DNA from: Octopus sinensis | Lineage: Eukaryota | Length of the DNA: 64,000 nucleotides | Assembly (NCBI RefSeq): GCF_006345805.1 | Contig: NC_042997.1 | Span: 192,572,001-192,636,000, forward strand | Direction: 5' to 3' | Shown here: piece after piece, positions 51,835 through 64,000 of the stretch | How the letters are laid out: the number at the start of each line of letters is the position of its first letter | How positions within the stretch are numbered: position 1 is the stretch's first letter | Translations under genes and position numbers: made by a program | Notes under the pieces: generated by a model | Databases searched by the model: none | Seen by the model: only the letters and a program-made list of their open reading frames with translations | What the model was told of the DNA's origin: nothing

Positions 51835-52233
51835 GATGGATGTCCACTCGTGACCGAGGAAGACCATTGGTGACCTTCAGGAACATTGTACTCTCTAGGA
51901 CTAACTTATATTTTGCCATTGCGGCTCCGTTGGTATCTAATGAGCCCTGCTCTTGATAAGCATACACGACTGCAAACATTGCAGACCAAGCTTTCCCCAT
52001 TCACTACACCAGCAGTGCGCTTTCGAGCAGCACGCTTAAGTTCCTCATGCAGAATACCTGCTCTCTCAAAAGTGTCGACTCTTCTAAACCTGCCTCTTCT
52101 ATCTGTGGCAATGACAGACATTGCTCTCCCAGTCAGTCTCCTGCATATGACAGGCCTTTAATGAGGACTGGACACGGTCCTTAAATCGTAGCCTTGGTTT
52201 CGACCGAAGTCTCTTTCCATTCACAAGTTCCCC
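51835..52233 (-). mobile_element. 5'-truncated RTE-clade LINE 3' end in (TACA)n
   Basis: GELVNGKR..KPRLRFKD and CNVCSRVCLSRAGL zinc-finger-like tail. Confidence 0.8.
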
Positions 52234-52516
52234 ATACATACATACATACATACATACATACATACATACATACATACATGCATGCATGCATGCACACACA
52301 CACACACACATACATACATACATACATACATACATACATACATGCATGCATGTATGCATACACACATACATACATACATACACACATACATACATACATA
52401 CACATACACACATATACATACATACATACATACACACACACACATACACACACACACACATACACACATGCATACATGCATACATACATACATACATACA
52501 TACATACATACATACA

Positions 52517-52550
<34 letters not shown>

Positions 52551-53048
52551 CATACATACGAGTAAATGGACAAACGAAAGAAAGTGGCACATTTGGTAAG
52601 GGTTACCTATGTTAATATTTGCAACAGTTTGATTCGGCTCTGAAATTTTGGGCGAGGCAGCTAAGTCGATTATATCGACCCCAGTGCTCAACCGGGAGGA
52701 GTTCGAACTCTGAACGTAAAGCTAGACGGAATACCGCGAAGCATTTTGTCTTCGTATTAATGATTCTACCTGATCTCTGCCTTAATATGGTTTCAAACTT
52801 TGGTACGAGGCCAGAAATATTAAGGAAAGTAGTTCAACTGGTACTTATTTTATCGACCCCGAAAGAATGAAAGGCAAAGTCGACATCGCGGCTTTCAGAA
52901 CCCTTAGAACATCGGACAAAATGCTTAGCAACATTTTGTCCAAGTCTTCACGTCCTGATTTGTATTGTCGCCATAGTTTACTTTGGCTTTAATCCTTTCA
53001 AAGTCGTTGTTGTAATAATAATATAATAATAATAATAATAACAATAAC

Positions 53049-53136
<88 letters not shown>

Positions 53137-53138
<2 letters not shown>

Positions 53139-53660
53139 GCCCTGATGCAATACCAGGCAGTGGCTCTCGTGGCTCCTGATCTTAACTGATTGGAAGTGTT
53201 ATCATGTACATTGTTTTGTCTTGGTATAAAAGATGAGCTACAGCAAATATTCTGCTCAATGCCACAGATTTGCTTGTCAGTTGTTTGACCTTAACCAGTT
53301 GAGCGTGTCCCTTTGTGGCTGACGATATGTGCATCTCTGATCACGAGCAGAAGTAGTGGGGGGGGGGCAGCATAGCCACGTGCTGAGAGGAATTCTTTGA
53401 TGTTTGGTTAATTCACTTTTGGAAACTTAGGTGTTTTTGTTCAACAACCCTTATTCAGGGACCATTTGAGCGGGATGGGCTACTTGACGGGAAGAAAATT
53501 CTAACTGGGCCTCCACCTGCAAGGTCATGCACTGGTTATCTTGATATGAAATCACCATATTGCTCATATATGGTTGTGATGCATGTGCCAGGGGTACCCT
53601 TATCAGACGTATATTTTACTCTAGTGTCACTATAATGGCATACACTGCTCTCTCACTCAA
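53137..53660 (+). mobile_element. ~525-bp non-coding element inserted in (TAA)n
   Basis: Flanked by a long (TAA)n (53024-53136) and taataatgat; 3' end shared with 1-47. Confidence 0.75.
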
Positions 53661-53669
53661 TAATAATGA

Positions 53670-53672
53670 TTA

Positions 53673-53717
<45 letters not shown>

Positions 53718-53797
53718 CAGCAGCAGCAGTAGCAGCAGCAGCAGTAGTAGCAGTAGTAGTAGTGGTAGTAGTAGTAGTAGTAGTGGTGGTGGTGGTG

Positions 53798-53832
<35 letters not shown>

Positions 53833-53884
53833 TGTGGTGGTGGTCGTGGTGGTGGTAGTTGTAGTAGTAGTAGTAGTAGTAGGG

Positions 53885-53920
<36 letters not shown>

Positions 53921-53921
53921 A

Positions 53922-53953
<32 letters not shown>

Positions 53954-54010
53954 ACAACAACAACAATAATAATAACAACAACAGCAACAAATAAATAAAT
54001 AAATAAATAA
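53670..54010. repeat. (TAG)/(CAG)/(TGG)/(CAA) compound microsatellite
   Basis: Direct reading. Confidence 0.95.
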
Positions 54011-55121
54011 ATGAAGTTAAAAAATAAATTAAAAATGTGATGCAGATATTATCAATTCAGGAGATGATTAGTAATATGATTAATCCAAGCGGAAAAATCA
54101 TACAGCGAAACACATTCTATTAACTATGTAATAGATTTGCCAACCCAGTCAGCACGGTTAATTTTTTTATTGACAGATTTAGTTCTTTGTATCTTTATGG
54201 CATCAATAAACGCAATATTCAAGGGAAGTAACTCTTATTTCATTTATTACACTCACTATTCTGCTTTGCAAGGCGGCGAGCTGGCAGACACGTTAGCGCG
54301 CCGGGTGAAATGCTTAGTGGTATTTCGTCTGTCGTTACGTTCTGAGTTCAAATTCCGCCGAGGTCAACTTTGCCTTTCATCCTTTCGGGGTCGATAAATG
54401 AAGTACCAGTTTCGCACTGGGGTCGATATAATCGACTCAATCCCTTCGTCTGTCCTTGTTTGTCCCCTCTGTGTTTAGCCCCTTGTGGGCAGTAAAGAAA
54501 TATATTCTGCTTTACATTTACCATTCTTACATTCACTTGTTACCGGTGTTGCTGTTATTGTTGTGGTGGTTTAATTCAGACTACCAATGATAGAGTGGAA
54601 GTATAATCAAAGCATTCCAACCGTGAGCATCATGTATTTATCGTAGGCACAGAGAACCCAAGATTACATTGTCCAATGTGGTCTTCTCTTCTGAGAGGAG
54701 AGTAGGGTGTGGTTATAAGGAAAATTTGGTTACTCTTTCTAGCAGAAAGGCGGGCTCGTTGACATGCGTTCTTACATTAAGTCTGCTAAAACTGCGATTG
54801 AGGATCGCAAAACGTCACGCAAAATTGCAATGTGTGTGTGTGTATGTGTGTGTGTGTGTGTGTGTGTTGGTTTCAAATTTTGCCACAAAACCAGCAATTT
54901 CAGGCGAGCGGTCAAGTCGAATCAATGAAGCCCAGTGTTCAGTTGGTACTTCTTTTATCGACTCCGAAAGAATGAAGCACTTAGTCAAGCCGGGCGGCAT
55001 TAGAACTCAGAGTGTGAAGTCGAAAGAAATACTCTTCATCATTTTCTCCGGCATAGTACACATTCTGCCTACTCGCGACCTTCGCGTTTATTTGGCTGGC
55101 TAGCTAGCTGGACAGACAGAC

Positions 55122-55201
<80 letters not shown>

Positions 55202-55227
55202 TTAGTTAGTTAGATAGATAGATAGAT

Positions 55228-55283
<56 letters not shown>
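55122..55283. repeat. (GATA)n microsatellite
   Basis: Direct reading. Confidence 0.95.
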
Positions 55284-55304
<21 letters not shown>

Positions 55305-57557
55305 GGTCGATTTAATTGACCAAGCCCATCTCCCTACCTCTAAATTGCTAGCGTGGCCTTGTTCCTAAATTAGAAACAAACAATTTATTTGCGTTGACGT
55401 GACAACAAGGAGGCCATTAATGTATACAACGTAAAGAGTGGTAAGTGTGACTGAATATTGGAGTACAAAAAAGTTGATGCAATCTGGATCGGTTACACTG
55501 GCGTAGCGAGAATATGTGATACTTGAAGTAACTCTTGAGTTTGCTGCTATCCAATACAGGCTTATACAGCAGACCTCATCTAACCCTGCGAGCCTGATCT
55601 AAAGCTAGTTCATGCACTCATCTCTCTTTCCCTTTTCATTTTTATTATTGTATTTTAGCATATTGAGAGCGATTGGCCTAGTGGTTAGAGTGTTGCACTC
55701 ACGATCCCGAGATCGTGGGTTCGATTCCGAGACAGCGTGGTACCTTGTGTTCATGGGCAAAACACTGCATCTCACGCTGCTCTGCGATTAATTAAGAGTG
55801 GAGGCGCATGGCTTAGTGGTTAGGGTGTTGAACTCATAATCGTAAGGTTGTGGTTTCGATTCCTGGATCGGGCGATGCGTTGTGTCCTTGAGCGAAACAC
55901 TTCCTTTTCACGTTGCTCCAGTTCACTCAGTTGGCAAAAATGAGTAATCCTGCGACGGACCGGCGTCCTGTCCAGGTGGGGAATTTCTACGCCACTGAAA
56001 CCGGGAAACCGCACCTTATGAGCCTGGCATGGCTCGCGAAGGAACATTTATTTTATTGTATTTTACCTCTCCGATCTCGTACTAAATATTTTGACCAGCT
56101 CACCGCTCAGATATGCACTCTTCGACGTCTATCGGTTCTATCCACCAACATACCTTTCCAAAAAGAACTTAGTTGAGCCGACGGGTTAGCAGACAATCAA
56201 CGGAAAGGTCATCTGTTGATTTATATCGTTGAGTAATCCACCTTGCCCTACGTAGGTATCTTAGGACGTATGTAGTAGCAGTAGTTGTTATGATCAAAAG
56301 CATTCCAGCTCTAAAGAGCTGCGCCCTTAAAAGCGTCGCTCGGGGCTAACTGCCTTCTCGTCGCCAACTACGCTGTAAATCGGACAGAACCCGTGCATGC
56401 TGTGATGGAATTTCAGGGAATTTTCAGTCATAAGACATGAAGAATGGATAATACTTATTTCTTTACTACCCACAAGGGGCTAAATATAGAGAGGACAAAC
56501 AAGGACAGACAAACGGATTAAGTCGATTGTATCGACCTCAGTGCGTAACTGGTACTTAATTTATCGACCCCCCGAAAGGATGAAAGGCAAAGTCGACCTC
56601 GGCGGAATTTGAACTCAGAACGTAACGGCAGACGAAATACGGCTACGCATTTCGCCCGGCGTGCTAACGTTTCTGCCAGCTCGCCGCCAATTCCACGATA
56701 TTGAGGTTGGTTGCCATCTTGTGCATATGTGGTAGTCGACAGAAATTATTGCTAAATCTCCCTCAAATTACACTCTGCTGTCTTGAGTAAGGGAGGGACA
56801 TACATGTAATTATAGAATGGATAATACTGAAAAGTGACAATTTATGATACAGAAGTCATAAACACTGTACATTAAGATGTCCTCCTTCGACGTTGCAAAT
56901 CAGCAGCTTGGCTTCAATTCAGGGCCGCGGCTATTTCACTTAAACTTTCATCGATAAGGTCCAGAAAAATGTGCATGAACATCACAACCTGCGTTTGGCC
57001 CACTTCTGAAAGTATTTGGCTGTTCACTATCCGGAGAAGTCAACCTGGAGATGGATACAACTGCGCAGTTTGGTCCCAGTCGTGTGACTCACGGGGTTGT
57101 TGGACGCGGTCCACACCGAGCGACGTTTTTATGGAGACAGCACTTTCGGGTCAGCTGTATAAGTCTGTATAGGGGTGGTGTGTGTGGGTTGCAAATTCAA
57201 GGGCTTCACCGGACGGTACACACTCTAGCTGCGACACTGACCGATTCCCCATCTGAGACAAGCATTCTTTATCATAACCAGATATATTAGTAAAGAGATA
57301 TCCAAACTCATCTTCTTCCTGGTCACAAGAATCTGCGGGGCCAATACTTACTTCCTGATTTAGAAGTGATAAGCTGATGAACGTTGAAATTTGTGCCTGG
57401 CTGGGACGCTAGTGTATCTCATGTAACCTTTTTCTGACAGAGGAAATTAAACTTAGTTCTCTCAGCCAGCGGACACAAACTCCCCATCGATTCCACGATG
57501 TTGAGGTTGGTTGCCATCATGTGCATATGTGGTAGTCGATAGAAATTATTGCTAAAT

Positions 57558-57974
57558 TAAGGCGGCGAGCTTGCAGAATCGTTAGCACGCCGGGCGAAAT
57601 GCTTAGCGGTATTTCGTCTGCCGTTACGTTTTGAGTTAAAATTCCGCCGAGATCGACTTTGCCTTTCATCCTTTCGGGGTCGATAAATTAAGTACCAGTT
57701 ACGCACTGGGGTCGATATAATCGACTTAATCCGTTTGTCTGTCCTTGTTTGTCCCCTCTGTGTCTAGCCCCTTGTGGGTAGTAAAGAAATAGGCATTTTG
57801 TCTGCCGCTACGCCCTGAGTTCAAATTCCGCCGAGGTCGACTTTGCCTTTTATCCTTTCGGGGTCGATAAATTAAGTACCAATTACGCACTGGGGTCGAT
57901 GTAATCGACTTAATCTCTTTGTCTGTCCTTGTTGTCCCCTCTATGTTTAGCTTCTTGTGGGTAATAAAGAAATA
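57558..57974 (+). mobile_element. SINE family B insertion (full copy plus partial tandem) with 17-bp TSD
   Basis: TSD agaaattattgctaaat at 57541-57557 and 57975-57991; uninterrupted homologous site at 56741-56757. Confidence 0.9.
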
Positions 57975-58768
57975 AGAAATTATTGCTAAATCTCCCTTAA
58001 ATTACACTCTGCTGTCTTGAGTAAGGGAGGCACATACATGTAATTATAAATTACTCTTAAACAGATGAAGTGGTCACGCCTGGAATGCATTTGATCATAA
58101 CAACCACTGCTACATTCACCCTACGATCCCTACGGAGGGCGAGGTGGATGACTTAAAGATAAAATACCAACAGACTTTTCAATCGATTGTCCGCTAACCA
58201 GTCGGCTCAACTATCTGCGTTCTATTTGGAAAGGGATAAATTTAGGTAAAGCAGACTGACATAGAACGATACATATTTGGGTGGTGAGACGGGTCAAAAT
58301 ATTTAGTACGAGAAAAGCGAAGGTGCATGGCTTAGTGGTTAGGGAATTCGGCTCACAATCGTAAGGTCATGAGTTCGATTCAGCAAGACACTTTATCCTC
58401 GTTGCTCCAGTTCACTCAGAGAGCAAAAACGTTTCGTAAAAGTAATTCAAATGGCCACCTTGTCAAATTCTGTGTCCCTCTGAATCTCCTTGAAAACTAT
58501 ATTTGGGGTACGCGTGTCATGAGTTGATAGGATCAACTGGAGCACACGCATGCATACATACATACATACATGCATACATACATACATACATACATACATA
58601 CATACATACAACATACATACATATATGTATTCATACACATATACATATATATATATACACATACACACATATACATACATACATACATGTATACATACAC
58701 ATATACATATGTACATACACAACACATACACACATGCCTATATGCATACATACATACATACATATACA

Positions 58769-58815
<47 letters not shown>

Positions 58816-58851
58816 GTGTGTATAATATATATATATGTATATATATATATA

Positions 58852-58884
<33 letters not shown>

Positions 58885-58893
58885 GATATATAT

Positions 58894-58948
<55 letters not shown>

Positions 58949-58950
<2 letters not shown>

Positions 58951-59366
58951 AGGTCCCGGGTTGATTCGGGGTTAACCACAGTAAATAAGGTACTCAATAC
59001 ATAGCAGAGTAAAATTAATTTATTATATAGAAGGAGCTTCTACAGACTAGAACTGTTTCATTCAAGAGAAATCTTCAGGAAGCTAGTTAACAAGAATTGT
59101 ATTGGCATTTATACATTTAGGCAGGTTTAAAGGGGTGTTGGTGGGGGACTTTTTGGGGGTAGGCATAGCGCAAAAAATCATACTTGGGGGGTGGTCAAGG
59201 AGTAGTCAGTGTTAAATTAGATAGGAGAATAAATAAAAAATAAAAAATAAAAAATAAAAAATAAAAATAAAAAAAAAAACATATATATATAAAAAATATA
59301 TAAAAAAATATAAAAAAAATAAATAAATAATAAAAAAATAAAAATAAAATAAAAAAATAAAAATAT

Positions 59367-59404
<38 letters not shown>

Positions 59405-60282
59405 GGGGGAATAGAGTTTTTAGGTAAATAAGGAGATTCTCACTTATACCTCTACACATACACACATATATACACTCACACATACATATACATATCTACA
59501 CATACACATATATATGTATACATACCACACACTCACTTGCATACACGTATACACACATGTGTATATATACACACGACCACACATACATACACACAGAAAA
59601 ATATATATATACACATACACACACATACTCACATACACGCATACACACACAAATCCATACACACACATGCACACACAGCACACTAGTCCCTATATACACA
59701 TATATACACATACACACATATATATAAACACCCACACATACACATACATACATATATATACATACATACACATACATATACACATATATATATATACACA
59801 TATATATATATTATATATATACACATATATATACATATGTGTACCCATGCATACCTACACAATACACACATATATATATATACATATACAAATACAGACC
59901 CATTCCCTAATTTTTATTTATTATCTTCGTTTTACTTTTGTTATCTTTGGCCGCTTGGTCACAAACATCTTGGCTATGACAGCCAGACCATTTATCCGTC
60001 TACTGGAAAACAATTACTCATTCACTCACGCACACTCATTAGCACGTACACTCACTCATTCGTACACTCATACGCATACACGCACGCACGCGTTATATTC
60101 ATACTACGTACATCTACATACATCACGTATATACACATACGTACGCGTACCTACAGATTCATGTCTACACTCTAGAAGCTAGTCTATACATATACACCAA
60201 TAAATATAAATACACACACATACACATGTACACCTACATACAAATACATACATGTACATATATATATATATATATTATATAT

Positions 60283-60332
<50 letters not shown>

Positions 60333-60557
60333 CGCGTACTACAGATTCATGTCTCACTCTTAGAAGGCTAGTCTATACATATACACCAATAAATATAAAT
60401 ACACACACATACATGTACACCTACATACAAATACATACATGTATTTGTATATATGGATTTGTATGTAGGTGACATGTATGTGTGTGTATTTATATATTAT
60501 TGGTGTATATGTATAGACTAGCCTTCTAAGAGTGTAGACATGAATCTGTAGGTACGC

Positions 60558-60600
<43 letters not shown>

Positions 60601-61511
60601 GTATATATTATATATATATATATATATGTACATGTATGTATTGTAGGTAGGGGTACATGTATGTGTGTGTTATTTATATTTATTGGTGTATAGTATAGAC
60701 TAGCCTTCTAAGAGTGTAGACATGAATCTGTAGGTACGCGACGTATGTGTATATACGTGAATGTATGTAGATGTACGTATGTATGAATATAACGCGTGCG
60801 TGCGTGTATGCGTATGAGGTCGATGAGTGAGTGTACGTGCTAATGAGTGTGCGTGATGTGAATGAGTAATTGTTTTCCAGAGACGGATAAATGACGGGCA
60901 TAGATAAATGGTACTGGCTGCATGTATGAGTGTTTGTGACCAAGCGGCCAAAGATAACAAAAGTAATAAACGAAGATAATAAAATAAAATTAGGAAATGG
61001 GAATGGGTCTGTATTTGTAAGTATATATATATATATGTGTGTATGTGTAGGTATGCATGGGTACACATATGTATATATATGTGTTATATATATATATATA
61101 TATGTGTATGTATATATATATGTATGTGTATGTGATGTATGTATGTATTATATGTGTATGTATGTGTATGTGTGGGGTGTATATATATGTGTGTATGTGT
61201 ATATATGTGTATATAGGGACTAGTGTGCTGTGTGTGCATGTGTGTGTATGGATTGTGTGTGTATGCGTGTATGTGAGTATGTGTGTGTACGTGTATATAT
61301 ATATATATTTTTCTGTGTGTATTGTATGTGTGGTCGTGTGTGTATATACATGTGTGGTATACGTGTATGCAAGTGAGGTGTGTATGTATACATATATATG
61401 TGTATGTGTAGATATGTATATGTATGTGTGAGTGTATATATGTGTGTATGTGTAGAGGTATAGTGAGAATCTCCTTATTTACCTAAAACTCTATTCCCCC
61501 CTTTATATATA

Positions 61512-61552
<41 letters not shown>

Positions 61553-61951
61553 TTATTTTTTTTATTCTTATTTTTATTTTTATATTTTTTTTAATATATT
61601 TTTTAATTTTTTTATTTTTTATTTTTTATTTTTATTTTTATTTTTTATTTTTTATTTTTTATTTTTTTTTTATTTTATCTTCCTATCTAATTTAACACTG
61701 ACTCCTTGACCACTCCCCCAAGTATGATTTTTTGCGCTATGCCTACCCCCAAAAAGTCCCCACCAACACCCCTTTTAAACCTGCCTAAATGTATAAATGC
61801 CAATACAATTCTTGTTAACTAGCTTCCTGAAGATTTCTCTGAATGAAAAGTTCTAGTCCTGTGAAGCTCCTTCTATATAATAAATTAATTTTACTCTCTA
61901 TGTATTGAGTAATATTTACTGTGGTTAACCCCGAAATCAACCCGGGACTAC
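58949..61951. repeat. ~3-kb palindrome (arms ~1.5 kb, centre ~60445); further inverted partial copies at ~63260-64000
   Basis: gtaggtcccgggttgattcggggttaacc at left vs ggttaaccccgaaatcaacccgggactaca at right; colinear inverted match with many small indels. Confidence 0.9.
59035..59084 (-). ncRNA. Type I hammerhead ribozyme in a Penelope-like terminal repeat (mirror, indel-damaged copy 61821-61868 +)
   Basis: AGCTTC CTGAAGA T TTC TCTT GAA T GAAA CAG TTCTAGT CTG TA GAAGCT. Stem I 6 bp, stem III 4 bp, GUA triplet. Confidence 0.7.
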
Positions 61952-61953
61952 AC

Positions 61954-61984
<31 letters not shown>

Positions 61985-62182
61985 CACACACATATACATA
62001 CACAACACACATACACACACATATATATACACATGTGTGCAAACATACATACATTCTCATACAAGCACACACATTACATTTACATATATACACACACTTA
62101 CACACATATATATACATACACACATACATATTCACATACAAATGCATACACACAAATATACATATATACATACATACATCTA

Positions 62183-62213
<31 letters not shown>

Positions 62214-62467
62214 GCACATACATATATATATATATATACACATATATATATATATATATACACATATATATATATTTTTTACATACATACACGCACACAC
62301 ACACATAATGCATGCGTATAATCCTACTATACCCATACATTTCTATACATATATACGATGCATATCTACAAGCGTGCACATACAATATGTGAAAGGTCTT
62401 AGGAGAAAAGGTAATCGGGGGTGCTAGGGGAACGGTGGGATTGGGGGGGGTTGTGGGTGGGGTGTCA

Positions 62468-62680
62468 TCAATCTGGTTGCCGGGTAGGTCTATAGTTCTT
62501 GTAGTTCGCATACTTCATATGCATACAATTTGGGGAGTGTTCTGAGATTTTGTTAAGGAGAGGGCCTTTGGCGAACAAGATCTCTAGGCTCTCCGATATG
62601 CAGAGGTCACAGCAGGTATGGCCTCCTGTGTATGAGCGCGCCTTCTGTAGTAGTTTCCACTTGGTCTTGAAGGGGATGAA
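62468..62680 (-). pseudogene. C-terminal remnant of a Penelope-like element ORF (GIY-YIG-associated Cys/His tail), missed by the ORF track
   Basis: Manual translation [70 protein letters not shown] matches the W.IL..A..Y....C.LC..E...I...LNK.SE...C.H pattern. Confidence 0.7.
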
Positions 62681-62748
62681 TGTAGGTGTATGTGTGTATG
62701 TATATATTTATATTTATATATATGTGGTGTATATATTATATATGTGTG

Positions 62749-62791
<43 letters not shown>

Positions 62792-62868
62792 ATGTGTGTA
62801 TGTGTATATGTAGGTGTATGTGTGTGTATGTATATATTTATGTTTATATATATTTTTATATATATATG

Positions 62869-62907
<39 letters not shown>

Positions 62908-63174
62908 CTATGTGTGTAAGTTTATTATATGTATGTATCCGTCTATATAATAGGTAAATGCACGTACATATACTTAATATTTATTTTTTGAGTATGCATG
63001 TATGAATAACTGGTGTATATATATTACTATTTACTATTTTTGAGTATGCATGCTAGTATGAATATATATGTATATATGTGTATGTATGTGTGTATGTATG
63101 TGTATATGTGTATATGTATGTATAATGTGTATATAAGTGTATATGTATATATGTATATATATGTATATATGTAT

Positions 63175-63206
<32 letters not shown>

Positions 63207-63377
63207 GTATATATGTGTATGTGTATGTAATATGTATATATATATATATGTGTATAATATGTACATGTATGTATTGTGTAGGTAGGTGTACATGTATGTG
63301 TGTGTGTATTTATATTTATTGGTGTATATGTATAGACTAGCCTTCTAAGAGTGTAGACATGAATCTGTAGGTACGTG

Positions 63378-63439
<62 letters not shown>

Positions 63440-64000
63440 GTACATGTATGTATTTGTATGTAGGTGTACATGTATGTGTGTGTATTTTATTTATTGGTGG
63501 GTATATGTATAGACTAGCCTTCTAAGAGTGTAGACATGAATCTGTAGGTACGCGTACGTATGTGTATATACGTGGATGTATGTAGATGTATGTATGTATG
63601 AATATAACGCGTGCGTGCGGTGTATGGTATGGAGTGTACGAATGAGTGAGTGTACGTGCTAAAGAGTGTGCGTGAGTGAATGAGTAATTGTTTTCCAGTA
63701 GACGGATAAATGGTCTGGCTGTTCATAGCCAAGATGTTTGACCAAGCGGCCAAAGATAACAAAAGTAATAAACGAAGATAATAAAATTAAAATTAGGGAA
63801 TGGGTCGATTTGTATATTGTATATGTACATATATGTGGTGTATGTGTAGGTATGCATGGGTACACATATGTATATATGTATGTGTATATATATAATATAT
63901 GTGGTATGTATATATATGTGTATATGTATGTGTATGTATGTATATATATGTGTATGTATGTGTATGTGTGGGTGTTTATATATATGTGTGCATGTGTATA

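Noticed and set aside
53275-53350. Possible HDV-like ribozyme (P1 GTCAGTT/GGCTGAC) in the TAA-associated element
   Set aside because: P2 and P1.1 could not be completed convincingly by eye.
55670-55870. tRNA genes
   Set aside because: tRNA-like heads run directly into SINE bodies and lack a complete cloverleaf.
57370-57400. CTGATGA-ACGTT-GAAA motif
   Set aside because: No stem III/UH/stem I pairing follows.

Overview
Eukaryotic, AT-rich, repeat-saturated window. The SINE, microsatellite and LINE content suggests a coleoid cephalopod, probably Octopus (inferred, no database check). Almost all ORF-track entries are translations of microsatellites. Two host coding segments lie on the minus strand: the first coding exon of a small EF-hand protein (3096-3245) and a single-exon-like DUSP-fold ORF whose catalytic Cys is replaced by Ser (25881-27107). 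The rest is transposon material: a 5'-truncated Dong/R4-type RLE LINE in (TAA)n, CR1/RTE fragments, a full-length but disabled Tc1, mariner derivatives, an 8-bp-TSD MITE family and many tRNA-derived SINEs. The most striking unannotated signal is a set of hammerhead-ribozyme (HHR) motifs read by eye. These are three copies of an apparently non-circularly permuted, pseudoknotted HHR with covarying stems, a 480-bp retrozyme-like tandem/inverted unit with one HHR per copy, and further type I HHRs near Penelope-like remnants. Two large near-identical duplications (34.4-37.9 kb tandem, 58.9-62 kb palindrome) may be assembly artefacts. All structures were derived by manual base-pairing; nothing was computed.
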